From Rikenella microfusus (GTDB lineage Bacteria > Bacteroidota > Bacteroidia > Bacteroidales > VadinHA17), in the NCBI GenBank assembly GCA_022736275.1, contig DZBJ01000005.1, positions 456 to 64,455 of the forward strand: 64,000 nucleotides of DNA. Direction: 5' to 3'. How positions within the stretch are numbered: the first letter of the stretch is position 1; each line of letters starts with the position of its first letter. Both the position numbers and the translations under genes were made by a program. Below are positions 10,035 through 19,173 of the stretch, in pieces. Below the pieces are notes generated by a model that was not told where the DNA came from, searched no databases, and was given only the letters and a program-made list of their open reading frames with translations.

Positions 10035-10451
10035 TCAGACCTTTATTTTGAATTCAAACTTTTCTCCTATTTTTTCTCTCAGCAGCCATATGGCCAGATA
10101 GTACAGGCCCAGGGCTGCGAAAGACAACATAGCCGATACAAGTTCGCCTGTACCGGCAACGCTTGTGATGACAAATACCGCAATAAGTACGATAAAAGGA
10201 ATGATGTAACCTATTGCAAGGGCACGGAAGCCCTGCGAGAGCTGCATGATCACCGTAACCCGGTCACCCGGACTGAGCGCTGCGCTGCTTCTGACGGTGA
10301 TGACCCTGGTGTCAGACTTGCCAGCGGAGCATACCGACTTTGCATGACAACCCGAGCAGGCATCGGCTGTAATGATCTCTATATCGGCAGTGCCGTCACC
10401 CGGCGCCCTTAATACCATCCCTTCGTGTGCGATTGTCTCTCCCTGCGGCAT
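10035..10451 (-). CDS. RseC/MucC-family protein (SoxR-reducing system component)
   Basis: 138 aa with an N-terminal Cys motif ACSGCHAKSVC and two C-terminal TM helices. It is the first gene of the rnf operon, as is common in Bacteroidota. Confidence 0.75.
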   Translation of the reverse strand: MPQGETIAHEGMVLRAPGDGTADIEIITADACSGCHAKSVCSAGKSDTRVITVRSSAALSPGDRVTVIMQLSQGFRALAIGYIIPFIVLIAVFVITSVAGTGELVSAMLSFAALGLYYLAIWLLREKIGEKFEFKIKV

Positions 10452-10536
10452 TAATAAAATCTTAATGGGGGCAATTTTAACGAATTGCAGGGAATAATTA
10501 AAGGAGAATAGTCATTATTTTGGAAAGACTGAAGAT

Positions 10537-10571
10537 CAGTCTGCAGTCAACAGTCTGCAGTCCACAGTCTA
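10537..10571 (+). repeat. Heptanucleotide array CAGTCNN x5
   Basis: Units: cagtctg cagtcaa cagtctg cagtcca cagtcta, in perfect 7-nt phase. Confidence 0.85.
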
Positions 10572-10628
10572 AAGTAAACAGGAGGTCATTAATTTACAAA
10601 CAATCAGATATATGACTTGCATACTAAG

Positions 10629-10663
10629 GACTGCCGACTGAGGACTGAGGACTGCTGACTCCT
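10629..10663 (+). repeat. Heptanucleotide array GACTGNN x5 (inverse complement of the CAGTC words); overlaps the recG stop codon
   Basis: Units: gactgcc gactgag gactgag gactgct gactcct. The recG TAG occupies 10662-10664. Confidence 0.85.
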
Positions 10664-12779
10664 AACTGATCTCGCTCCATGAGCACTTCTTTCCGAAAAG
10701 CTTCCGCAGAGTGGCCCTGAGCACCTGGTTTACCGGACGGGCAAGCTCAGGGTCATCACCGAGTATCTCCTCCGCCCGCGAGCGTGCGAGGTTGAGTATC
10801 TGACCGTCCCTCCCCAGGTCAGCAATTTTAAGGTCGAATGCCATGCCGCTTTGCTGCGTTCCCTCAAGATCACCCGGACCGCGCATGCGGAGATCAGCCT
10901 CGGCTATCTCAAAGCCGTCATTGGTCGCAATCATCGTGTTGATGCGCTCGGAGGCTTCCGCAGAGCGTTTATGCGATGTCATCAGGATGCAGTACGACTG
11001 GTCGGCACCGCGGCCCACCCGCCCCCGCAACTGATGCAACTGCGAGAGACCAAATCGCTCGGCACTCTCTATCACCATCACACTGGCGTTTGGGATGTCA
11101 ACACCCACCTCTATTACCGTGGTGGCAACCATTATCTGTGCCTGGCCGCGACGGAACAGGTTCATCGAGATCTCCTTGTCCTTCGACGTCATCCGGCCGT
11201 GCACCACGCTTATGCAGTACTGCGGCGGAGGAAAGGCTCGTGCCATGCTCTCAAGCCCGTCTTCAAGATCCTTATAATCAAGAGATTCCGATTCTCTTAT
11301 CAAAGGGTAGACCACGTATATCTGCCTTCCGTCCTCTATCTGTCTCCGCATGAAACCAAATACCTTTTCGCGCTCAGCATCGGTGAAGCTCATCGTCTTA
11401 ACCGGCTTGCGTCCGGGAGGCATCTCGTCAATGACCGAGACATCAAGGTCACCGTAGAGTGTCATCGCCAGCGTGCGGGGGATAGGTGTTGCCGTCATCA
11501 CCAAAACATGTGGCGGACAGTCGCTCTTCTGCCATAGCTTTGCACGCTGCGCCACACCAAAACGGTGCTGCTCGTCAATAATCACCAGCCCGAGATTCTT
11601 GTATCTGACGTTCTCCTCAATAAGGGCATGCGTGCCAATAAGTATAGTAATAGTACCGTCAAGCAACCCCTGCTCTATACGGGCCCTCTCTCTCCGTTTC
11701 GTCGAGCCTGTCAGCAGCGCCACCTCTGCATCAATCCCCTCCACAAACCGGCTTACTGAATTGTAGTGCTGTATTGCAAGCACTTCCGTGGGGGCCATTA
11801 TACAACTCTGAAAACCGTTGTCGGCCCCGATGAGCATGCTCATCAGAGCAACCATCGTCTTGCCGCTGCCCACATCGCCCTGCAGAAGCCTGTTCATCTG
11901 GTGACCGCTGCCCAGGTCACTCCTGATCTCACGTATGACCCTCTTCTGCGCCTCAGTCAGGGCAAAGGGCAGGTTGTTGGCGTAAAACGAATTAAGCCTC
12001 TCACCCACAACGGAAAAGAGAAAACCGCGCGTGTTCTTCGTCCTGCTTCCCTTGTACCTTAACAGGTTCAGTTGAATATAAAAGAGCTCCTCGAATTTTA
12101 ACCTGAACCGGGCATTCTCTATGTCAGTATTCGAGTCTGGAAAATGGATGCGGAGGAGTGCATCCTGGATACTCATCAGCTTCATCTGCCGGGTGATGGA
12201 ATCAGGCAGTGTCTCCGCAAAGCGAAGCCCCGGAAGTGTAAAGGCGGTGGCTATCAGCTTCGCAACAGCCTTTGATTGAAGGAAGTGATCCTTCATCTTC
12301 TCGGTGGTGCTGTACTGAGCTTCGAGGGCTGAGGCGACCCTCGATTCGCGCTTCTCAACCTCCTCCACCTCAGGATGGACTATGTTGAAGGCCCCGCTGA
12401 ACAGGGTTGGTTTGCCATATATAATGTACTCTTTTTCAATTTTGTATGCATTGAGCACCCATTTGTGCCCTTTGAACCACACCAGCCTCACCATCCCCGT
12501 GTCATCATAGTAATCAGCAGTAAGTCGTGAGCCCCTTCCGCCACCCTCGGTTGAGAAGCGCCGGATCTTTCCCCTGAGCTGGATGTACTGCATGTCGGTG
12601 TCAAGCTCACTGACCTTATAAAAACGGGTCTTGTCAATATACTTGTATGGGAAGTAATAAATGAGATCCCTGAAGGTGCGGATATCAGCCTCCTCCCCGA
12701 GCAGTTCGGCTCTCTTCGGGCCAACCCCCGGAAGGAATTTTATCTCACTGTCAAGGAGTTCTGACATCAGGAAAAGCAT
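10662..12779 (-). CDS. recG: ATP-dependent DNA helicase RecG
   Basis: 705 aa with helicase motifs GDVGSGKT, DEQHRFGV and QLHQLRGRVGRG plus an N-terminal wedge/OB region. An alternative ATG lies at 12767. Confidence 0.95.
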   Translation of the reverse strand: MLFLMSELLDSEIKFLPGVGPKRAELLGEEADIRTFRDLIYYFPYKYIDKTRFYKVSELDTDMQYIQLRGKIRRFSTEGGGRGSRLTADYYDDTGMVRLVWFKGHKWVLNAYKIEKEYIIYGKPTLFSGAFNIVHPEVEEVEKRESRVASALEAQYSTTEKMKDHFLQSKAVAKLIATAFTLPGLRFAETLPDSITRQMKLMSIQDALLRIHFPDSNTDIENARFRLKFEELFYIQLNLLRYKGSRTKNTRGFLFSVVGERLNSFYANNLPFALTEAQKRVIREIRSDLGSGHQMNRLLQGDVGSGKTMVALMSMLIGADNGFQSCIMAPTEVLAIQHYNSVSRFVEGIDAEVALLTGSTKRRERARIEQGLLDGTITILIGTHALIEENVRYKNLGLVIIDEQHRFGVAQRAKLWQKSDCPPHVLVMTATPIPRTLAMTLYGDLDVSVIDEMPPGRKPVKTMSFTDAEREKVFGFMRRQIEDGRQIYVVYPLIRESESLDYKDLEDGLESMARAFPPPQYCISVVHGRMTSKDKEISMNLFRRGQAQIMVATTVIEVGVDIPNASVMVIESAERFGLSQLHQLRGRVGRGADQSYCILMTSHKRSAEASERINTMIATNDGFEIAEADLRMRGPGDLEGTQQSGMAFDLKIADLGRDGQILNLARSRAEEILGDDPELARPVNQVLRATLRKLFGKKCSWSEIS

Positions 12780-12802
12780 AAATGGTGCTCACCGAAAATA
12801 GT

Positions 12803-12810
12803 TAAATTTG
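12803..12810 (+). promoter_or_regulatory. Candidate -7 promoter box (TAAATTTG) for the methyltransferase gene
   Basis: Exact TAnnTTTG, 29 nt upstream of the ATG at 12839. Confidence 0.4.
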
Positions 12811-12838
12811 AGCGGTTTTCAAATTGCCTTTCTAAGAA

Positions 12839-13699
12839 ATGAACCTTTACCCCGCAACCTCCTTTATCAGGCACCTGCTCTCCGCCCGCAGCGCAGCCGG
12901 GTACGGGGTGCACAGTCCGTTCGTCTTTGACTTTCTTACAAATGTAGTGAAGGGAAAGAGTGACGGGCATGTTATCCTCAAGGTTGAGAGACTCCGTCAG
13001 GAGATGCTGGCAGACAGGCGCATTTTGCGTATCACCGACCTGGGGGTGGGGTCATCAGGAAGAACAGGGCAGGAGCGGAGCATACACGACATTGCTTCCA
13101 CGGCGCCCTTGCCGGCGAGGCAGGCATCACTGCTTTCACGGATAGCAGCCAGCCTGCGTGGTGGAAACTCAGGGATTATTCTTGAGCTCGGGACATCACT
13201 CGGGATAAGCACCCTGGCACTGTCGCTTGCTGCGCCGGAGAGACGGGTGGTTACAATCGAGGGATGCCCGGAACTTGCCGGAATTGCCAGGCAAAACCTC
13301 CTCAGGCACGGCGCGCTGAACGCAGAGGTGATCAATATGGAGTTCGGCGCTGCACTTGACCAGCTAAAGAGGGAGGGCAGAAATGTCTCTCTGGCATTCA
13401 TAGACGGTAACCACAGGGGTGAGGCACTGGGAGAGTATGCCCGGAGCATCAGGGCAGCAGGAGAAGAGATGATCATCGTAGCAGATGATATTCATCTGAA
13501 CCGCGGGATGTACTCGGCATGGTCCTCACTGGCGACCCCGGGAGCAGGAGGGATGAATGGAGGGGACAGACAACCGCAGGCAGTCGCATTGTCATCTGCT
13601 TCCCCGGGATTGGCCCCGGCAACCATCGAAACATTCCGATTCGGCATCCTGTTATGCTTCCGAAGCCTGACGCCGGGACGGTACCGCATCAGGTATTAA
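12839..13699 (+). CDS. Class I SAM-dependent (O-)methyltransferase
   Basis: 286 aa with a SAM-binding-type segment ILELGTSLGISTLALS and FIDGNHRGEA. A Gly/Pro/Ala-rich segment near the C-terminus looks inserted (see findings). Confidence 0.7.
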   Translation: MNLYPATSFIRHLLSARSAAGYGVHSPFVFDFLTNVVKGKSDGHVILKVERLRQEMLADRRILRITDLGVGSSGRTGQERSIHDIASTAPLPARQASLLSRIAASLRGGNSGIILELGTSLGISTLALSLAAPERRVVTIEGCPELAGIARQNLLRHGALNAEVINMEFGAALDQLKREGRNVSLAFIDGNHRGEALGEYARSIRAAGEEMIIVADDIHLNRGMYSAWSSLATPGAGGMNGGDRQPQAVALSSASPGLAPATIETFRFGILLCFRSLTPGRYRIRY

Positions 13700-13770
13700 C
13701 AAAAAATAACAGCCTGATAACATGTTTATAGAGTATTTTGAACTAATTTCGGGACTTTAACAAAACAGGC

Positions 13771-14484
13771 ATGGATAAGGTCATTGATATTAACGAGATC
13801 GTAAAGAATTACCAGGTAGGCTCAGTAATAGTCAGAGCTCTGCGCTCAGTATCGCTCGAGATAAAGAGAAATGAGTATGTCGCCATCATGGGTCCTTCAG
13901 GATCAGGCAAATCGACACTCATGAATATCCTTGGCTGCCTCGATACCCCCACAAAGGGCCAGTACATTCTCAACGGAACCGACGTAAGCAAGATGGAGGA
14001 TGACAGGCTCGCCGAGATACGCAACAAGGAGATCGGGTTTGTCTTCCAGACATTTAACCTCCTTCCCAGGTATACCGCACTCGAGAACGTGACCCTGCCG
14101 CTTATTTATGCCGGTGTGCCACGTCATGAGAGAGATGAGCACGCGAAAAATGTGCTTGACCTGGTAGGACTCACTGACAGGATGACCCATAAACCCAATG
14201 AACTCTCGGGCGGACAGCGCCAGAGGGTTGCCATAGCCAGGGCTATGGTAAACGATCCTTCAATAATTCTTGCCGACGAACCAACAGGTAACCTCGACAG
14301 CAAAACCTCCTATGACATCATGGGCCTGCTTGACAAGATCCACGAGGACGGCAATACCGTTATCGTAGTGACCCACGAGGAGGATATCGCCCGGCATGCT
14401 CATCGTATCATCAAACTGATGGACGGCGAGGTGTCAGCCGATTATGTCAATGAGAATCGTATAGATGTAAGAAAAAAACATTAA
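13771..14484 (+). CDS. ABC transporter ATP-binding protein (MacB/LolD-like)
   Basis: 237 aa with Walker [10 protein letters not shown], signature LSGGQRQR and Walker B ILADEPT. Confidence 0.9.
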   Translation: MDKVIDINEIVKNYQVGSVIVRALRSVSLEIKRNEYVAIMGPSGSGKSTLMNILGCLDTPTKGQYILNGTDVSKMEDDRLAEIRNKEIGFVFQTFNLLPRYTALENVTLPLIYAGVPRHERDEHAKNVLDLVGLTDRMTHKPNELSGGQRQRVAIARAMVNDPSIILADEPTGNLDSKTSYDIMGLLDKIHEDGNTVIVVTHEEDIARHAHRIIKLMDGEVSADYVNENRIDVRKKH

Positions 14485-14500
14485 ATCTTCCCTCACAGGG

Positions 14501-15052
14501 ATGAAGATCTATACTAAAACCGGCGACAGGGGAGAGACCTCCGTCATTGGCGGCCTCAGGCTCCCCAAGCATCACCCGCGCATAGAAGCATACGGCACAG
14601 TCGATGAACTCATCGCCTGGATAGGTATGCTGCGGGCAGCAGAACAGTCATGCGTCACAACGGAGGAACTGATCACAATCCAGTCGGTCCTGATGTCATG
14701 CTGTACCGTTATCGCTACACATCCCACCGCGAAGGGTCCCGAAGGCATTCCCATAGATGACACTTCAGAACTTGAAATGTCCATAGACAGGATGGAAGCC
14801 AGCCTGCCAAAACTTACCTCCTTCGTTCTTCCCGGCGGTCACCCCGCAGCAGCCCAGGCCAATGTTGCACGATGCGTCTGCCGGCGCGCGGAACGGGCTC
14901 TCCTTCGCCTTAATGAAGCAGAAAAAGTCGACCCTGATGTGATCAAATACCTTAACCGCCTGTCAGATTATCTTTTTGTACTGACCAGGTGCCTAACCTA
15001 TGAGTCTGGTACAGAGGAAATTAAATGGCAACCTGTTAGAAAGGTAAAATAA
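14501..15052 (+). CDS. PduO-type ATP:cob(I)alamin adenosyltransferase
   Basis: 183 aa. The N-terminus MKIYTKTGDRGETS...RIEAYGTVDEL is the family signature. Confidence 0.85.
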   Translation: MKIYTKTGDRGETSVIGGLRLPKHHPRIEAYGTVDELIAWIGMLRAAEQSCVTTEELITIQSVLMSCCTVIATHPTAKGPEGIPIDDTSELEMSIDRMEASLPKLTSFVLPGGHPAAAQANVARCVCRRAERALLRLNEAEKVDPDVIKYLNRLSDYLFVLTRCLTYESGTEEIKWQPVRKVK

Positions 15053-15097
15053 ACTGCTTATTATTTAGCCTCACTCTTTTTTTATTCTAAATAATTT

Positions 15098-15105
15098 TAT
15101 ATTTG
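15098..15105 (+). promoter_or_regulatory. Candidate -7 promoter box (TATATTTG) for the DUF2795 gene
   Basis: Exact TAnnTTTG, 39 nt upstream of the ATG at 15144. Confidence 0.4.
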
Positions 15106-15143
15106 CGGACTTTAAAGAGAGTAATGTTTTAACTTTCTCAGAA

Positions 15144-15365
15144 ATGTATTGGACACTTGAATTAGCATCAAAACTTGAAGACGCCCCCTGGCCCGCAACC
15201 AAAGACGAGCTCATTGATTTTGCCATACGGTCAGGTGCCCCTATGGAAGTCATAGAAAACCTGCAGGAAATTGAAGATGAAGGGGATATTTACGAGAGTA
15301 TTGAGGATATCTGGCCTGATTATCCCTCTAAGGACGACTTTTTCTTTAACGAAGACGAATATTGA
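15144..15365 (+). CDS. DUF2795 domain protein
   Basis: 73 aa, acidic. APWPATKDELIDFAIRSGAPMEVIENLQEIE is typical of DUF2795. Confidence 0.7.
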   Translation: MYWTLELASKLEDAPWPATKDELIDFAIRSGAPMEVIENLQEIEDEGDIYESIEDIWPDYPSKDDFFFNEDEY

Positions 15366-15421
15366 AAGTTCATAACCACTAAAGTTGGTAATAAATTATA
15401 GATCAGTTATTTAACTTTAGG

Positions 15422-16969
15422 TCACTTTACCCGAACCGGCCGTAACCCGGGGTGCCACCTGTAACCGTCCAGCCTTCTTTCCGCCTCCGGTTTCATCAGA
15501 GGAGGATCGAGAACCCCGTCAGGACTCTGATTCTGATATATCTCTGCAATCTTGCCGTCTTCAAGGAATATCTCAATTGAGGCGCTCCTTGCCCTGTTCA
15601 CTCCCACAAGCTTACTGCCGTCAACCACATAGTAGATAGCCTCACCGTTACCGGTGACCTTGATTCTGCGTAACTTATTATCAATAAAATACCCCGAGAG
15701 GTTCTTCCCGCTTATCTGGTCATAACGGGCCGTATCCACCTCGCTGACCACGAACGCATTGTTGTACAGCTCCATATGGTCAGCCTTGCTGTTTAAGGTG
15801 TACAGCGCAATTGAATCAGCAGTGAGCTGGTTCTCACGTGACCATACGATTGGTCCATGGTACAGCCTGATCACCGAATCGCGGAATGAATATGCCAGTG
15901 AGTCACACCGGCCCTGCATCTCACGGCTGAAGATGGTGCAGCCATAATAGGCTTTGAGAAGCCTGTGGTTTACACCTGCAGTGTCGGCAACGGGTATTGC
16001 CCTCAGCGTGTCTGCCCTGAGGGTCAGGGTGTCATCATCGGAGAACATGGTGAACCAGGGCGTTATGGTAAGAAGAAACCGTTCCGGACGCTTGGAATAT
16101 CTTGCATAGCCTCCGCCTGTGGTTATGTTATCAGTGGTATCGGTGATGGTAACGTTGCCGAAACCTTCGCCCTCACCCGCCTTTTCATCATACCACAGTG
16201 TGTCACCGGTGATGCGCTGCTCCCGGTTGTCAAGCACGGCATTCTTCATGAGCTGGGAGATGTCATTTCGCGTGTCACTCCAGCCATTCTCACAATAAAG
16301 ATAGATGCTGTCGCCTGTAACCTCAGTTGGCCCTGCAAACCAGGCTATTTCTTTAGAGGTGTCATAACGCATTGTGTCAGCGCGCATCACATAGTCCGGA
16401 TTGACAATGGTGACACTGTCACGGAAGTGCAGCATCTTCCGGTTTGAATAGTAGATGCCGACGACGCTCGTCAGTGTGTTGTCACCGTTGAGGATACGCC
16501 CTCCTGTGTCATAATTGGCAACCTGCGTGTTGACATCATAATCGACTTTTTCAGTGAACAGTCGCATCTCATTGTCTGCCAGCACGACACTGTCTGTCAT
16601 GACGGCCTTGCCGGAGTCACCGTTGTAGGTAAGGTACTGCCCCCATATATGTATGGTATCTCCCTGCCATATGTGTATCCTGCTGAAGGCGAAGACCTGG
16701 TTGGTATCATCATAATACCATGCGCTGTCACAATTCATGAAAAGATCGTTGTGCTTGAGCTGCACGTTCCCGTTCAGCCTGTTGCTTGAACGGCCCATGC
16801 TGCGGTCAAAACGCATGGAGTCTGAATGCATTATCTCCACCCTGCGGCGTCCGGTGGCTTGCTGTGCGGCTGCATCATATGGCAGGAAATAAACAGCAGC
16901 CGGAAGAATAAAATATGCCGCGAGAAAGAAAAAAAGACGTGGGAGTACTATCTTATCTATTCGAACCAT
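15422..16969 (-). CDS. OstA-like (LptD N-terminal-like) repeat protein
   Basis: 515 aa with a signal anchor and repeated beta-jellyroll-like segments (GNVQLKHNDLFMNCDSAWY and related). It is the last gene of the guaB envelope operon. Confidence 0.6.
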   Translation of the reverse strand: MVRIDKIVLPRLFFFLAAYFILPAAVYFLPYDAAAQQATGRRRVEIMHSDSMRFDRSMGRSSNRLNGNVQLKHNDLFMNCDSAWYYDDTNQVFAFSRIHIWQGDTIHIWGQYLTYNGDSGKAVMTDSVVLADNEMRLFTEKVDYDVNTQVANYDTGGRILNGDNTLTSVVGIYYSNRKMLHFRDSVTIVNPDYVMRADTMRYDTSKEIAWFAGPTEVTGDSIYLYCENGWSDTRNDISQLMKNAVLDNREQRITGDTLWYDEKAGEGEGFGNVTITDTTDNITTGGGYARYSKRPERFLLTITPWFTMFSDDDTLTLRADTLRAIPVADTAGVNHRLLKAYYGCTIFSREMQGRCDSLAYSFRDSVIRLYHGPIVWSRENQLTADSIALYTLNSKADHMELYNNAFVVSEVDTARYDQISGKNLSGYFIDNKLRRIKVTGNGEAIYYVVDGSKLVGVNRARSASIEIFLEDGKIAEIYQNQSPDGVLDPPLMKPEAERRLDGYRWHPGLRPVRVK

Positions 16970-18306
16970 CCGGAATAGTGGAACTTGCAGTCGCGGAAAT
17001 CCTCGCTTACACGAATATATGTCCTTTTGATCTTTTCAGCGATCCAGTTCTGGTATGTCTTATTCTGCTTGTCCCTCAGCGCCAGATCGGACAGATAGTT
17101 GTAATCATCGGTGATATTAACCCTGTGCGGCGCGATCTCATCATCGAGCCTTATGATGCAATAGATGCTATTGCCCTTGGAATCGGTTGTCCGGAAAGGT
17201 TCGGAGATATCTCCCAGTTTCATGTTGCGAACCACCAGATTGACCTCTTTTGACAGCTCGTCGAGGGTCATCCAGTTGACGCGGTCTGACGGGTTTTCGC
17301 TGACCATCTTGCCGCCGTTGGCCCGTGTGGCCTTGTCAGATGAGAACATCAATGCTGCCCGCTGGAATGTAAGACTGTCGTTGCGCACCAGGCTGGCGAT
17401 GCTGTCAAGCTTCAATATTGCCCATTCAGTCTGATCTGAAGAAAGCTTCGGTTTCAAGAGGATATGGCGTGAGTTCACCATGTCACCTTTCCTCTCGATA
17501 AGCTGGATGATGTGAAATCCGAATTCAGTCTCCACGATCTTGGAGACCACATCCTTCTTAAGGCTCCATGCTGCCTCTGCATAGGGTTTTGCCAGCTCTC
17601 CCCTGGTGGCAAACCCTGTCTCCCCGCCCCGCGGAGCTGTTCCCGGATCTTCAGAATAGAGTATTGCCAGCGTGCTGAAACTCTCACCGTTGATGATACG
17701 GCTGCGCAGGTCAAGCAGCCGCTGACGCACCTCGGCCTTGCTGGCTTCCATGTCAGGAGGCTCAACGGTGATGATGCTGAGCTGCACCTTCCTGGGTACC
17801 AGCGGAAGTGAGTCTTTAGGGATGGTATTATAGTATTTCTTTATCTCAGCCGGAGTGACGGTAATATTCTGTGCAATGGTGCCCTGGGTCTCCTGCACGA
17901 TATACTGGTTGGTGAGCATTTCGCGCAGATCCTTTCTTATCTCGGCCATGCTCTTGTTGAAATATGTCTCAAGCGCCTGCTCGGATCCGGCTCGCCTTAT
18001 ATATTCGGTGAGCCTGCTGTTGAGATCCGCCTCCACATTTTCCGGAGATACCTCAATGGAGTCTATTCTTGCCTGGTCAAGAAAGAGCTTCTGTATCATC
18101 TGATCTTCAAATACACGGCACCGCAGCTCATCCACAGGGGTCGGATCCCTCTCGGCCTTCAACTGTACCACCTGCCCTTCGACATCAGAGAGATAGATCA
18201 CCTCATTCCCCACCACCGCCACTATTGATTCGACTATCTGCTGTGCTGACAGAGCGGATATAGCAAGAATCGTAAATACAGATATAACAATTAATCGTTT
18301 TTTCAT
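16957..18306 (-). CDS. Periplasmic peptidyl-prolyl isomerase, SurA-like
   Basis: 449 aa with a signal peptide, a SurA_N-like region and a parvulin domain (FGFHIIQLIERKG). Confidence 0.8.
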   Translation of the reverse strand: MKKRLIVISVFTILAISALSAQQIVESIVAVVGNEVIYLSDVEGQVVQLKAERDPTPVDELRCRVFEDQMIQKLFLDQARIDSIEVSPENVEADLNSRLTEYIRRAGSEQALETYFNKSMAEIRKDLREMLTNQYIVQETQGTIAQNITVTPAEIKKYYNTIPKDSLPLVPRKVQLSIITVEPPDMEASKAEVRQRLLDLRSRIINGESFSTLAILYSEDPGTAPRGGETGFATRGELAKPYAEAAWSLKKDVVSKIVETEFGFHIIQLIERKGDMVNSRHILLKPKLSSDQTEWAILKLDSIASLVRNDSLTFQRAALMFSSDKATRANGGKMVSENPSDRVNWMTLDELSKEVNLVVRNMKLGDISEPFRTTDSKGNSIYCIIRLDDEIAPHRVNITDDYNYLSDLALRDKQNKTYQNWIAEKIKRTYIRVSEDFRDCKFHYSGWFE

Positions 18307-18321
18307 TCTTTTCTCACTTTT

Positions 18322-19173
18322 CTAATAGACCTTCAGTGTACCATTCCGGAACGCCTCGTCGTAAATACCGTCTTCAAGTTTCTGCAGGAAATCATTCCTG
18401 CGGTTATTTAAAATGATCGTCTTCACCTGGTTCCGAATGTATTCGAAAGGTGCAACACTGTTTCGGAGCTTGTATTCCCTGATGGCAACGAAATAGACAA
18501 ATTGGTCATCCTTCAGTTCCACTGCACTGTTTCGCTCCAGCCACTGCTCCTGGTTGGCAGACTCAAGAGGCACCTCCAGCAGTAGTTGTGTAAATGGCAT
18601 CCACGCGTCATCGTAATCGTCATACCGCAGTGCGTACAGGTAACACAACTCTTCAAGGGCATTCATGTCGGCCGGATCGGATGACCTGTAAAGGTTCTTC
18701 ACCTTTTCAATATCCGGCATTGTTGCCGGCACTTTTATGAACAAAGCCTTCACAAGGTTTGAAGTAAGGGTGAATGTGCTCAGGTTGCTCACATAGTAAT
18801 CCTGAAGCTCGTTGTCAGTGACCAGCGTATCAAGCTTCTGAATTATCATCTGCTGCTGGTACTGGTATATTAGCAGGTTATTCCTCATCTCGTCGAGCTG
18901 TCTGTTCACCTCGGCTTTGTATTCGGGAGTCAGGTTCTCCTCGGCCCTGAGGGCCAGAAGCTCCTTCCTTGACCACTGGCGGATGAAACTTTGAACTGCC
19001 GAAATACTGTCAGTCTCATTCATTCCTTTCAACACAAGACCTTCAGGAATCTGATCAAGGTACAGCATTCTCTCACCGGCACGGGCTACGATCGTGCGGT
19101 CAGGCTCTCTCGCGATTGTGTTGCATGAGACCGTGAGTGTGAGAACCAACGCTATAAAAATCCTGATCATCAT
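18322..19173 (-). CDS. SurA/PpiD-family chaperone-like lipoprotein (degenerate parvulin)
   Basis: 283 aa with a lipoprotein-type signal (LTLTVSC). The call rests on its position between guaB and the SurA-like gene; similarity is weak, so confidence is low. Confidence 0.45.
   Translation of the reverse strand: MMIRIFIALVLTLTVSCNTIAREPDRTIVARAGERMLYLDQIPEGLVLKGMNETDSISAVQSFIRQWSRKELLALRAEENLTPEYKAEVNRQLDEMRNNLLIYQYQQQMIIQKLDTLVTDNELQDYYVSNLSTFTLTSNLVKALFIKVPATMPDIEKVKNLYRSSDPADMNALEELCYLYALRYDDYDDAWMPFTQLLLEVPLESANQEQWLERNSAVELKDDQFVYFVAIREYKLRNSVAPFEYIRNQVKTIILNNRRNDFLQKLEDGIYDEAFRNGTLKVY

Noticed and set aside
10851-11537. A 228-aa ORF on the plus strand, plus several shorter ones, inside recG.
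   Set aside because: It is fully antisense to a well-supported recG frame with helicase motifs. The sequence is Arg/His/Leu-rich and low-complexity with no recognisable motif. This is the typical shadow ORF of a coding region.
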